Assembly: GCA_016192915.1 (NCBI GenBank)
Contig: JACPTF010000002.1
Coordinates: 131,530 to 195,529, forward strand
DNA length: 64,000 nt
From: Candidatus Woesearchaeota archaeon
Lineage (GTDB): Archaea; Nanobdellota; Nanobdellia; Woesearchaeales; UBA10216
Reading direction: 5' to 3'
Below are positions 27,772 to 37,178 of the stretch, piece by piece (positions within the stretch are counted from its first letter, which is position 1; every line of letters starts with the position of its first letter). Under the pieces are notes generated by a model. It had not been told where the DNA came from. It did no database searches and saw nothing but the letters and a program-made list of their open reading frames with translations. A program made the translations under genes and the position numbers.

Positions 27772-28797
27772 TCAAGAAAGAAGGTGCTTCACAAGAATGC
27801 TTGTGCTCTTGGAAATCAGGTAATTGTACGTTAACTTGACGTCAATCTTCTTTACCGAGTCCTCTTCAGGAGTCGGCTGTATGCATGAGAACGTTCCTTC
27901 GCCGTTGCTGAGCCTTAAATACCCCGCATATTCGCCATTTACAACATCCAGCGGCCTGCCATCTGATAAGCCATTGCATGTAAGGCTGCCCAAACCGGTT
28001 TTAACAGCAACAAGAACCTGGTCCGTAGTTTTGAAGTCACCCCTCTCGCAAGCCGTCTTACCAGTTACAGAATCAAACTTAAAAACATTTCCAGTGCCAA
28101 CGCTTTTCACGTTAAATGTGAGCAAAACCTTGTTCTTGCCGGCAATGCTTTCCTTCACTGTTGTTACATGAACAGGCGCGCCTGAGTTAAACACCTGCTT
28201 CTGCGCAGCTATCTGGCACACGCCTGAAACGCTTTTAGTCAGGTCCTTTCGAATGCACATGTCTGCCTGTGCTTTTGTCTGGTAAGTGTAGCAGATATCT
28301 GCCTGCACCGGGAAAGGGTTATTGCCCTGAAGCTCCTTCTGGTAAGCCAACTGCTTAAACCAGACATCAGTAGTCCCGCCGGGTATCTTGTTGCCGTCAG
28401 GGTCCTTTTTAACCCCGTTCAAGTCTTCAGCTGGAGATACCCCTATTAGAGAAACGGCTGCATTATCGGTATTCTTTCTACTCTTAAGGAAATCACTCGC
28501 TGATAAGCCGCTAATTGTTACAGTAGCCCCAGCCTTCAATACATCGTACTCGCCAACATTCTCGAGGAGCACAACAATATCAAAAGGAAAGGTGGGGGTT
28601 ATTGCGCCTGCCGGATTCTTCTGGGCGTCTGTAACCTCTGGGGGTGGGGAATTCTCTGCAAACTTCGCCGTCAAGCCCTCAGCCCCCCCAATAAAGGGGG
28701 TGGAGGAGGAAGAAGTTACGCCCTTATCACCACCCTTGCAGCCGGCAATAACTAACGCAAAAGCCATAAGGAGAACTAAAACGACACCCTTTTTCAT
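27772..28797 (-). CDS. secreted/lipoprotein-like surface protein (paralog of 30416..31408); ATG at 28797
   Basis: Signal peptide MKKGVVLVLLMAFALVIAGC, followed by a conserved CY.Y.TK...C motif shared with the paralog. Confidence 0.55.
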   Translation of the reverse strand: MKKGVVLVLLMAFALVIAGCKGGDKGVTSSSSTPFIGGAEGLTAKFAENSPPPEVTDAQKNPAGAITPTFPFDIVVLLENVGEYDVLKAGATVTISGLSASDFLKSRKNTDNAAVSLIGVSPAEDLNGVKKDPDGNKIPGGTTDVWFKQLAYQKELQGNNPFPVQADICYTYQTKAQADMCIRKDLTKSVSGVCQIAAQKQVFNSGAPVHVTTVKESIAGKNKVLLTFNVKSVGTGNVFKFDSVTGKTACERGDFKTTDQVLVAVKTGLGSLTCNGLSDGRPLDVVNGEYAGYLRLSNGEGTFSCIQPTPEEDSVKKIDVKLTYNYLISKSTSILVKHLLS

Positions 28798-28878
28798 TTT
28801 TGAGTGAATCTGAAAAATGTCGTATTTAAATGTTTCCATCAAAAGATTTATAAGTTGTTTATACGAAGTCAGCAAGAA

Positions 28879-30429
28879 ATGAAAAAAAGAGTGTTGCAAC
28901 TGTTAGCTGTGGCAGTTTTGGTCCTTTCGCTTGCAGCAGTTGACTCCATTACCAGTTCTCTCAATGGGCAATTGCAAGTCAAATCATCCCCTGCTTTAAT
29001 GGCAACTTCTGGGCTTGTTGGGCTTTCGGCCATCACAGGGGCAGTAGTTGGAACAGATTCACCGAAATGCGAGCAAAAAGCGCCCTGTGCATACCCGTCA
29101 GGCTGGAAGTGCATGTCAAACAGCAAATGCTACGACTACAGCGACTGCTTGGTTAGGTGCCCTTCGTCTTCACAGCCTGAACAGCCGACCCTGCAGGAAT
29201 GCATTTGTGGTGACTGGCAAACAAGCGGAGGTTGCGGGGGGGGAGGGTGCCCATCAAACAAAGTCCCTCAGTCTAAGAGCTGCACCGGAGGATCGACCTG
29301 CAAAACAGAGAGCAGGTGTTTAGAGTCAGCACAATGCACCAGCTTAACACCGGGCGAGGGCCAAGGCCAAACACCTGAGGGTGTCAAAGAAGGAGTAAAC
29401 CTCGTGCCTGAGCTGGAAATAAGCCCCAGCGAGGGGCTGAAAAGCGGCGACACGATGGAAGTGACGTTTTACATTAAAAACCTCGGCTCCAAAGCCGCAA
29501 CGCAGTACGACATGAAGGAGAAGGGGACGACAACCCTAATCAACATCATTTACTTCTACAAGGAAAAGGAGTACGGCCCAGATGTCATACAGCCGATACA
29601 CGCCCCTGTAAGCATCCTGCTGCTTCAAGGCAGCGCAATAAAGCCAGGAGAAGCCGGGAAGGTGCAGCTGGCAAAGCAGACAGTAAAAATACCGGATGAT
29701 TTCTCAGGGGACCTGGTCATTGCAGCAGTTGTTGACGCCCAATTCTCCTACCCGGAAACGAACGAAAACGACAACCGGCCAACGAGGACTTTAAGCGTAA
29801 GGCCTCTGGTGAAGCCAAACCTTGCAATAACAGGCTTTGAAACAAGCATCAGAAGCTTTGACGTGTTGCCAGTAGCAATCGGCCCGGTCTTCATAACCGT
29901 TGAGAACAGGGGAGAACTGCTGGCAGCATCAACACAGCCTATTCAGAACAAGGTCTCAATATTCAAGGGTGACACAGAGATCTGCAGGGCAACTGCAAAG
30001 GAGTCGATGGTTGAAGGCATAGTGCCTGGAAAACAGCGGAAGTTCGCCCTAGACCCGAGGTTTATAACCGAAAGCATGGCCGGAAACCAGTGCAGCGTTG
30101 ACGGCGCAGATGCAAACTACCGCGCTGTTGTGGAGATAGATACGCCGCAGCTTGACGCGCAAGGTGATGTCCTGCAAGGAGGGGTTATTGCAGAGTCAAG
30201 CGAGAACGACAACAAGCAACCGTTCGCCATAAAGGCAAGGGAGAAATGCTCCCCACTCGGCAAAATCGAAGCCGTCACATACTGCGACATAGCAACGGGA
30301 ACATGGCTTGCACAGAAAACCCCAGGCCAGCAATGCAGCCACAACTTTGAATGCAATCTGGAGCTGTGCGTTAAGGGCAAGTGTGTTACTCAGGAGCAGA
30401 AAGGCAGGATTCTTGCTATTGTTGGATGA
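28879..30429 (+). CDS. secreted Cys-rich protein with CARDB-like beta-sandwich repeats
   Basis: Signal peptide MKKRVLQLLAVAVLV, an N-terminal Cys-rich module, CARDB-like segments (TFYIKNLGS..., FITVENRGE...) and a C-terminal Cys knot. Confidence 0.55.
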   Translation: MKKRVLQLLAVAVLVLSLAAVDSITSSLNGQLQVKSSPALMATSGLVGLSAITGAVVGTDSPKCEQKAPCAYPSGWKCMSNSKCYDYSDCLVRCPSSSQPEQPTLQECICGDWQTSGGCGGGGCPSNKVPQSKSCTGGSTCKTESRCLESAQCTSLTPGEGQGQTPEGVKEGVNLVPELEISPSEGLKSGDTMEVTFYIKNLGSKAATQYDMKEKGTTTLINIIYFYKEKEYGPDVIQPIHAPVSILLLQGSAIKPGEAGKVQLAKQTVKIPDDFSGDLVIAAVVDAQFSYPETNENDNRPTRTLSVRPLVKPNLAITGFETSIRSFDVLPVAIGPVFITVENRGELLAASTQPIQNKVSIFKGDTEICRATAKESMVEGIVPGKQRKFALDPRFITESMAGNQCSVDGADANYRAVVEIDTPQLDAQGDVLQGGVIAESSENDNKQPFAIKAREKCSPLGKIEAVTYCDIATGTWLAQKTPGQQCSHNFECNLELCVKGKCVTQEQKGRILAIVG

Positions 30430-31408
30430 CTCCTTTCTCAACGCTTACATGAACTGGCGCGCCGGTTGACTTGTAGCCGTAGCTGAGCCCAATGCTTAAG
30501 GGCGTGGCAAACACGCCAAGGTCCTTGCTAAGGTCAATGCCGTTGTATTCGCAAAAGATGTAATCATCAGCAGATGTTCCTGTAATTGTTTTCTCGGCTT
30601 CTGTGCACTTGAGATTTTCGCCTTTGAGCCCGGCATTATCAACGCTTACAATACTCTTTTCCTTAACAGCATTGCTTTGGTCGTCTGTGCAGGCCGTGGC
30701 TATGCCTCTTTTATCAACAATCCTTCCCTTGCCAACGTTCGTTATGAAAATCTTAAACTTGGGAACAACATAGCCCTCGCCGCTTGCCTGCCTCGGCTCT
30801 ATTCTTGTTATTGCCACAGGTGCGCCCTGGCTTTTGAACACCAAAGGCTTTTCAGCATCGCACGGCTTTCTTACCTTCTGGAAGCTTGGGGTGCCAAGGG
30901 TCGTGTCAATGCAAACATTAGCTGTCAGTTTTGTCTTGTAAGGATAACAAACAGTAGCAAGAAGGTTTGTTTCTGCGCCCTTCCCTCCAAGGTTCTTGGC
31001 AGTGGCCTTAACCTTTATGGAGTCAAAATAACCTGCAGGGTTTGTTTCCCTGCCAGGAAGGGTTGTAATTTCACTATTGCCAGAGTCAATGACTGCGGGT
31101 TCAAACTTAAACGCAGCCCTGTCGTCCCTTGCTAAAATTGTGAGAGCCTTCGGGTCAACCCCGGCAGCGCCCTTATTGGAAACAATAAGCAAGGCGTAAT
31201 GAACGCTGCCCTCTGTTGTTGCCTTTGGAATACTATCAGGGGCAAACTGCGCATCAACGCCTTCTGTCCCAACATAAATTTCTGGTAAGTTAATTCCTTT
31301 GTTGGTTTTGGTCCCCAGCTGCCCGCAGCCAGAGACTAGTAGAACTGCCAAAATTGCCATCACAGGCAAAAACCTGGCAATCTTAAAGTGTTTTTTAAAA
31401 AGTGGCAT
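30416..31408 (-). CDS. secreted/lipoprotein-like surface protein (paralog of 27772..28797)
   Basis: Signal peptide plus Cys (LLVSGC) and the shared VCYPYKTKLTANVCID motif. Confidence 0.55.
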   Translation of the reverse strand: MPLFKKHFKIARFLPVMAILAVLLVSGCGQLGTKTNKGINLPEIYVGTEGVDAQFAPDSIPKATTEGSVHYALLIVSNKGAAGVDPKALTILARDDRAAFKFEPAVIDSGNSEITTLPGRETNPAGYFDSIKVKATAKNLGGKGAETNLLATVCYPYKTKLTANVCIDTTLGTPSFQKVRKPCDAEKPLVFKSQGAPVAITRIEPRQASGEGYVVPKFKIFITNVGKGRIVDKRGIATACTDDQSNAVKEKSIVSVDNAGLKGENLKCTEAEKTITGTSADDYIFCEYNGIDLSKDLGVFATPLSIGLSYGYKSTGAPVHVSVEKGVIQQ

Positions 31409-31463
31409 TTTGTTAGTTTTCTATTTTTTGGCTTATTTATGTTTATGTTGCTGGTTTTTGGGG

Positions 31464-33533
31464 TTACGGTGGAAGAGGATTGCCGCAACAAACCACCTGC
31501 GGCCCTGCGGCAGTACTTGATGTGCATTGAGTCTGTCCTGATGGGCAGGATGCCCCGCAGGAAGATGCAACACAGGAGGTAAGGCCTGATGCGCAAGCTG
31601 GCGGATTAGTACAGGCAGGCGAGCCTGTCACCGTGAATGTTATGCCTTCCTTCTTCACAGCAAATATGAAAACGCCCTCTACATCGAACCTGGCTGGAGC
31701 CCAGTCAGCGCCGTGCAACGCATCAGCTTTCACAATTAGCCCGCAGTCAAAACGCTTGCCTTCCCCAATGAACTTGCCAACCCAGTCACTTTTTACGCGA
31801 TACTTATTAGGAACCTCAGTTACAGCTTCAAACGCGCACGGCTTGCCCTTGCTTGTGTCAAGTGCAACACCATCTGGCACCGTAAGATAAAGTTTTTCTA
31901 TGCCATCTATCTCCCCTTCCCAACCAGTGTTTCTGGCGACGTAAATTTGTATGGCAAGATTGCTTTGCCCTGTGCTGAAATCAACCGGTGCAGGAGATGT
32001 CACTAGCCCAATCGGGCCCCATGTTAATGTTACAGGCACATTGCTGTACTCTGCTTTCTCTATTGGGGTGTGTTCCACAACAGCAGGGTCTTTTCCTTCC
32101 CTCCTGAGGTTCCTAAGCTCTGCAGCCTTCATGAAAGAAGTGCTCAGGTAAGAATCGGCTTCCACCCTGTACTTGACTTTTGCCTCGATTGTGTAGCTCT
32201 TGCTTTCCCAGCATGACACATCTCCAGCTACATTGCTGCATTGCGAGCATGTAATCGTTGTGCCGCCCCTGCCGCCAGTATAGTAAACCTCAAGAGGCAC
32301 TCCAGCATTAAACTCATCAACTGCTTTTTGAAGCTTGACTTGTTTGTCAGTTCCGGTTTTATCATTGCACTCAATCCCTATTACTTCAAGATACTTCTTC
32401 TTGAAATCAGGAGGGAAAGGGCTCGGAACTTTTATGAGGAAGCTGGGAGCTGGCTCGCGAACACTCTTGTCAAATTCGGTTGGCATTGTCGGGTCATTAA
32501 AAAGCTGCAGCCCAACTTTCGGCTCCTCTTTGGCAGTGCCGAAGCCGAAGGTTTCCTCAGCTTTCTCGTAGGCATAGGCAATCGAAGGGTTGACAAACTT
32601 AAGAGTAAAGAAGTTAAAAAAGTTTCTTAAGGAAGTAGTTAGGACATTACCGGCTTGCTGGCCCTCGTCAGAAGTTAGCGGTGTAGCGCCTTCTCTATAC
32701 TGCTTTATGGTATCGGCAAGGATGGGTGTTGCGGCTGCAAATAAGTAGATGAAAAAGACAATCCCGAAAAGCCTTCCAGCCACTATAGGGCTTTCTTTCT
32801 TCATGTACATTAGGCCGTATAATAGCATGATGGGGTTAAGCAGCCTGTTCATCAAATAGCTGACGCCCTTTAAAACTACGCCTGCATTTTCAGCATACTG
32901 GAGCAGCGGCACCCTGAAAACATTCAGGACAAGCACGTCGATTGCTGCAATGAACGGTATCCCCTTAAGCGGCATCGGAACGTTGCTTTTCAAATACATG
33001 ACCAAAGCAAAGGCAAGCAGCACAGCTCCACCCGTGGCTCGCCAAACAAACGCTGGGCCCTGCAGAGTGACTTGCCATATGGCAAGGAAGATAATTGTCA
33101 CCCAAATATAATTCCATCTGCTTATGTTTTCGTTTCTCTCAGCTATGAGGATAAAGGCGACCATGGCGAAAATCAGGTGTTCGGCAAGTGCTATGCCTGG
33201 GTTAAAGCCATGGATAAAATCTGCAAAATACATCACAGCCGCTATTTTTATGAACAAGTCGTACTCGTTATTATTGGCAATAATTGTGTCCCAGAAAAAG
33301 CTAAATATCTTGCCAGGGATTGCCGAGAGCCTGAAGCCAACGCCGAGACCTAATCCTTGCACAGCGCCCCCAACAGCAGGTGCCGCAGCTTTCAGAGCAG
33401 TCTTAGCAGCAGCAAGCTTACCGCCTGTTGCAACCTCAGCTGCCGCCTCGGCAACCTTTGCCGGATCGATGGGTGGCGCCTTGCCGAGGCTCATACCCTG
33501 GCCAATCCTGCCTATCATACCTCCTAAAGCCAC
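31464..33533 (-). CDS. large polytopic membrane protein with extracellular C-terminal domain and Cys-rich tail
   Basis: 689 aa with multiple hydrophobic helices in residues 80-290. The C-terminus ends ...CTNPPACASGLTSCVASSCGASCPSGQTQC... Confidence 0.5.
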   Translation of the reverse strand: MALGGMIGRIGQGMSLGKAPPIDPAKVAEAAAEVATGGKLAAAKTALKAAAPAVGGAVQGLGLGVGFRLSAIPGKIFSFFWDTIIANNNEYDLFIKIAAVMYFADFIHGFNPGIALAEHLIFAMVAFILIAERNENISRWNYIWVTIIFLAIWQVTLQGPAFVWRATGGAVLLAFALVMYLKSNVPMPLKGIPFIAAIDVLVLNVFRVPLLQYAENAGVVLKGVSYLMNRLLNPIMLLYGLMYMKKESPIVAGRLFGIVFFIYLFAAATPILADTIKQYREGATPLTSDEGQQAGNVLTTSLRNFFNFFTLKFVNPSIAYAYEKAEETFGFGTAKEEPKVGLQLFNDPTMPTEFDKSVREPAPSFLIKVPSPFPPDFKKKYLEVIGIECNDKTGTDKQVKLQKAVDEFNAGVPLEVYYTGGRGGTTITCSQCSNVAGDVSCWESKSYTIEAKVKYRVEADSYLSTSFMKAAELRNLRREGKDPAVVEHTPIEKAEYSNVPVTLTWGPIGLVTSPAPVDFSTGQSNLAIQIYVARNTGWEGEIDGIEKLYLTVPDGVALDTSKGKPCAFEAVTEVPNKYRVKSDWVGKFIGEGKRFDCGLIVKADALHGADWAPARFDVEGVFIFAVKKEGITFTVTGSPACTNPPACASGLTSCVASSCGASCPSGQTQCTSSTAAGPQVVCCGNPLPP

Positions 33534-33586
33534 TCAATCACACCTCATTTTTAGCAATCACGCCGTTGCCATTGCCATGCGTGGTT

Positions 33587-34084
33587 TTAAACTTTTCCCC
33601 TATGCCAGATTTCTTCAGGATTTATCCTAACTATGTCCTTCAGTCTGTCAAAATCGGCATCTGTTGAAAGTATCTTTTTGCAATCGTAAACCTTCATTGT
33701 TTGGTAATGTATGCTGTCCCTTGGCAGAAGGCCTTTTTCCAAGTATTCTGGGATGACTGCAGCCAAATCGCCATCAGCGTCGGCAATTTCAAGGTTATTG
33801 AACGAGAATATCACTCCAAAAACCTCTTTAATTTTCGGGATGAATTCCAGCACAACTTCTGGGCTTTCCCTTATCTTTTCTTTCGGATGGATGGAATACT
33901 TCTTGTGGATGAGCTTCATTAAAATGATATAAGCCAACTCATCAAGGGTCAAGCAACTCGTGAGGCCGAGCTTTTTCCCTTTCTGCATATCATCAAAGGT
34001 TTTCTTTACTTTGTCAAACGATTTAGGTTCCTCAAAAAAGAAGGCGTAGAAAGCATTAGTATCAAGATAAATCATTTCTGCCAT
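33587..34084 (-). CDS. vapC: PIN-domain ribonuclease VapC (toxin)
   Basis: IYLDTNAF... N-terminal Asp and overall PIN layout. Overlaps its partner by 13 bp. Confidence 0.65.
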   Translation of the reverse strand: MAEMIYLDTNAFYAFFFEEPKSFDKVKKTFDDMQKGKKLGLTSCLTLDELAYIILMKLIHKKYSIHPKEKIRESPEVVLEFIPKIKEVFGVIFSFNNLEIADADGDLAAVIPEYLEKGLLPRDSIHYQTMKVYDCKKILSTDADFDRLKDIVRINPEEIWHRGKV

Positions 34085-34314
34085 TGTGTTTTTTCATACT
34101 CCCAAATCAAGTCCTTGACCCTGGTAAACCCTCTATCTTTGCCGAGCATGCCAGCTTTTTCAACAGGGTTGGCAATCTTAGGCATTAAAACGATTTCATT
34201 GCCAGAAGCTTTAGCTATTAGTTCTGTGCCTTTCCTGATTTGGAGCGCTTCCCTGATGTCTGAAGGCAATGTTATTTGCCCTTTTTCCCTGACTTTCACA
34301 AGTGTTAATTTCAT
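34072..34314 (-). CDS. vapB: AbrB/SpoVT-family antitoxin VapB
   Basis: 80 aa with the looped-hinge helix motif GQITLPSDIREALQI. Confidence 0.65.
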   Translation of the reverse strand: MKLTLVKVREKGQITLPSDIREALQIRKGTELIAKASGNEIVLMPKIANPVEKAGMLGKDRGFTRVKDLIWEYEKTQWQK

Positions 34315-34363
34315 TTTTCCTACTTTTTTAGAAAAAGTCTTACTAATATATAAATATTCCTAT

Positions 34364-35605
34364 TCAGCCGCACTCCTCAGCTTTCCTGCAGTCAAGCTTG
34401 AGCTTGAGCTCAACTATGTTGAGGGTAGTTTCAGGAACCAGCCTGATGTAGTTTGTCCCGGCAACCAGGAAGGAATCAATGTTCTTGGAGTAATTCGCGG
34501 ATTTGGTGTCAATTCTTGTTTTCTGGTTGTTAATCTCAAGATTCGCGACCTTCCTCTCCTTGTCATCAACAAACATTATGGCAAGCGTTGAGTTCACCGT
34601 GTTATTCTCAATCCTCCTGAAAGTGGAGCTGTTTATGCTGAAGAAGTACAGCGGGAAGATTGGCTCCTTCAGCTTGGTCCTCAGGAGCAGCCTGTCAAGC
34701 AGGTAAGTTCCCTTCTCGGCAACAAACCTGAACTCGTTCTTCCCGGGAACAATGTCTTTTGGGTCAATCTGCAGCTTCTCCGGGCTGCCGCAGTCAGGCA
34801 CCTTGGAAGCCAAAAGCTTGCCGTTAACATAAGCCAAGAACTTGCCTACATCCTTCACGTTGCAGTCAACAAAGTAGCTCAGGCTTGCTTCAGACAGCAA
34901 GTCTGCCTCCTCCTGCCCTATTATCACTGCCTGGACAGCTTCCTTGTTGTCAATCAGTTCAACAGTGCCGGTTATCTTGGCATCCCTCAAGTCATAGAAA
35001 TTCTTTGAAAAAGGCTTGTACCACGGCACAGGGTCTGTGGAAAACTCGAACAGGTTTTCCTCTCTGAGATTAATGCTTAACGGCTCGGTAAAGCTGTCAA
35101 CCTCCCCCTCGAAAATCTCGTTATCATTTTGGGTTATTATAAGGTTTCCGCTATGGCTGGCCACACTGAAGCTGAGCTTTGCATTCTCAACCTTGTCCTT
35201 GACAGTCAAAATAACAGACCTTCTCTTATCAGAACTCCTTGCAGCTTCAACGTAAATAGAGTCAACGCTTTTCAAAACCGTATCCTCCTTCTTCGTAAAA
35301 AGGTTGAACGAAGGGAGCTTATGGTCAAATTCTGTTTCCTTAACCTTGGTAAGGGTGCCCGGCGATTCATCAAGCAAAACAGAGCCTCGAACAGCAGCAA
35401 GCACAGAAGACCCGCTGCCGGATGTGTCCTGTTCAAGAATTCTGTCTCGCTCGCTCTTGGGCAGGAACAGGATGTAAAGCAGGATAAAAGCACCAATCAC
35501 GAATACAAGAACAGCAGCATTGCCTCCTGATGGCTGCCCCTTTTTACTAAAATGCCTCATGCACTCTTCCTCAGTAGTTAGATATATAAATGTTTTTCCA
35601 TGCAC
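34364..35605 (-). CDS. membrane-anchored hypothetical protein
   Basis: An N-terminal TM helix (AAVLVFVIGAFILLYILFL) followed by a large soluble domain. Confidence 0.45.
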   Translation of the reverse strand: MHGKTFIYLTTEEECMRHFSKKGQPSGGNAAVLVFVIGAFILLYILFLPKSERDRILEQDTSGSGSSVLAAVRGSVLLDESPGTLTKVKETEFDHKLPSFNLFTKKEDTVLKSVDSIYVEAARSSDKRRSVILTVKDKVENAKLSFSVASHSGNLIITQNDNEIFEGEVDSFTEPLSINLREENLFEFSTDPVPWYKPFSKNFYDLRDAKITGTVELIDNKEAVQAVIIGQEEADLLSEASLSYFVDCNVKDVGKFLAYVNGKLLASKVPDCGSPEKLQIDPKDIVPGKNEFRFVAEKGTYLLDRLLLRTKLKEPIFPLYFFSINSSTFRRIENNTVNSTLAIMFVDDKERKVANLEINNQKTRIDTKSANYSKNIDSFLVAGTNYIRLVPETTLNIVELKLKLDCRKAEECG

Positions 35606-35613
35606 AACACGTA

Positions 35614-35806
35614 TTTGCCGGTTTTGGCAACCGCGTTGGCTGTTTTAGCTGCCATCGCAGCTATTGCAAATCGGGCATTGCCCGATTGCACACAGCATCG
35701 GCAAAGCCGATGCGCATAGTCGAGCTGATAGCTCGACTAGCTCAAACTATGAGTTTGAGCATAGGCAGCGTAACTGCCTATGTTCCGCTCATCGCGGAAT
35801 TGTGCC
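35614..35806. repeat. multi-hairpin repeat element, copy B (about 8 tandem hairpins) forming the region directly upstream of pelota
   Basis: TTGCAAATCGGGCA/TGCCCGATTGCA (bulged A), GCATCGGC/GCCGATGC, TAGTCGAGCT/AGCTCGACTA, GCTCAAACT/AGTTTGAGC, CATAGGCAG/CTGCCTATG, TTCCGC/GCGGAA, then the TTGTGCC tail. The terminal modules match the PolD and SufS copies. Confidence 0.75.
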
Positions 35807-35823
35807 GAAACAGGATTGCCCAA

Positions 35824-36846
35824 ATGAAAATACTGAAAAAGGATTTGAAGCAGGGAAAGGTGGTTGTTCAGGCACAAAGCCTTGACGACCTCTGGTGCCT
35901 TAGCCAGGTTGTGCTTAAAGGGGACACCGTAAGTGGCAAAACAACGCGCAAGGTAAGGCTTGGCTCGGCAGAGGAAGCAGTGAAAAAGACCTACACGCTC
36001 TCCCTTGCCGTTGAGGATTCTGAATTCAGGGACCAGTGCCTGAGGATAAGGGGCGCAACAACAGAGCAGCACGAAGACATACCAAAGGGGGCGCACCACA
36101 CTATAACGGCAGAGCCTGGTGAAGTCCTGGCAATAATCAAGGCGCGCTGGCAGAAATACCAGCTGGACAGGCTCCAGCAGGCAACTCAGGAGCAGCTAAA
36201 AGCACTCATCGTTGTGTTCGACAGGGAAAACTGCCTCCTCGCACAGCTCAAAAGCAGGGGTTACGAAGTAGTGGCAGAGCTGAAAGGAAAAGTCAGGAAA
36301 AAGGACTATGCGGCCACAACAGTCACCAATTTTTACAAAGAAATCATCACCGCCATAAAGGAGTACGATGAGAGGAATAATCCTGACAAAATAATACTGG
36401 CAAGCCCGGCATTCTGGAAAGAAGAACTCGCCAACGAACTGAAGAATGACCCCCTCAGCAAAAAAGTTGCCATCGCAACTTGCAGCAGCGTAAGCGAAAA
36501 CGCCATTGACGAAGTGCTGAAAAGGCCCGAAATGGGCACCGTTTTGGCTAATGCGATGGCAGCCAAAGAGCTGAGGCTCATTGATGAGTTAATGGCCGGG
36601 ATTGCAAAGGATGGGAAGGTCGCCTACGGGAAAAAAGAAGTCGGAGAAGCAATAGACGCTGCCGCAGCTGAAAAACTGCTTGTGACAGACGTCAAGGTAT
36701 ACAACAACCCTGAAACAGAAGCGCTGATGAAAAAGGTTGAAGACAGCGGAGGGAAAGTGTTTATAATAAACTCAGAAAACCAGGCTGGGCAGAAGCTGGA
36801 CGCGCTTGGCGGAATGGCGGCGTTGCTGAGGTATAAGCTCTTCTAA
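35824..36846 (+). CDS. pelA: Pelota/Dom34 (aRF1-like ribosome rescue factor); true ATG at 35824
   Basis: MKILKKDLKQGKVVV... is a typical Pelota N-terminus. The 78 upstream codons of the ORF run through the hairpin element. Confidence 0.85.
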   Translation: MKILKKDLKQGKVVVQAQSLDDLWCLSQVVLKGDTVSGKTTRKVRLGSAEEAVKKTYTLSLAVEDSEFRDQCLRIRGATTEQHEDIPKGAHHTITAEPGEVLAIIKARWQKYQLDRLQQATQEQLKALIVVFDRENCLLAQLKSRGYEVVAELKGKVRKKDYAATTVTNFYKEIITAIKEYDERNNPDKIILASPAFWKEELANELKNDPLSKKVAIATCSSVSENAIDEVLKRPEMGTVLANAMAAKELRLIDELMAGIAKDGKVAYGKKEVGEAIDAAAAEKLLVTDVKVYNNPETEALMKKVEDSGGKVFIINSENQAGQKLDALGGMAALLRYKLF

Positions 36847-36938
36847 TTGCCTGCAACACTCAATAATGCTGACTAATGGGGTTATTTGCACAACCTTCCA
36901 CAAAATTTATATATAAGATATCATATCTAAGATATGAA

Positions 36939-37178
36939 ATGCCACTAGCACACGTAACCAGGACAGGCAATATCTCATTACCAAAAGAGTGGCGCGAGGC
37001 ACTCGGCATAGAACCCAATTCCAGCGTGGTTATTCATAGGTCTGAGCACAAGATAACCATTGAGCCACTAAGAAAAGAAAGGTTTCAGACTATCTTGAAA
37101 GGGCTTGATGAGGAAATATCAAGAAAGAAGATATCTTTCTCAAAGGAGGAAGCACTGAAAGATGACTTCTACGACTAA
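36939..37178 (+). CDS. vapB: AbrB/SpoVT-family antitoxin VapB (second module)
   Basis: MPLAHVTRTGNISLPKEWREALGI... Palindrome AGATATcATATCT sits just upstream as a likely operator. Confidence 0.6.
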   Translation: MPLAHVTRTGNISLPKEWREALGIEPNSSVVIHRSEHKITIEPLRKERFQTILKGLDEEISRKKISFSKEEALKDDFYD

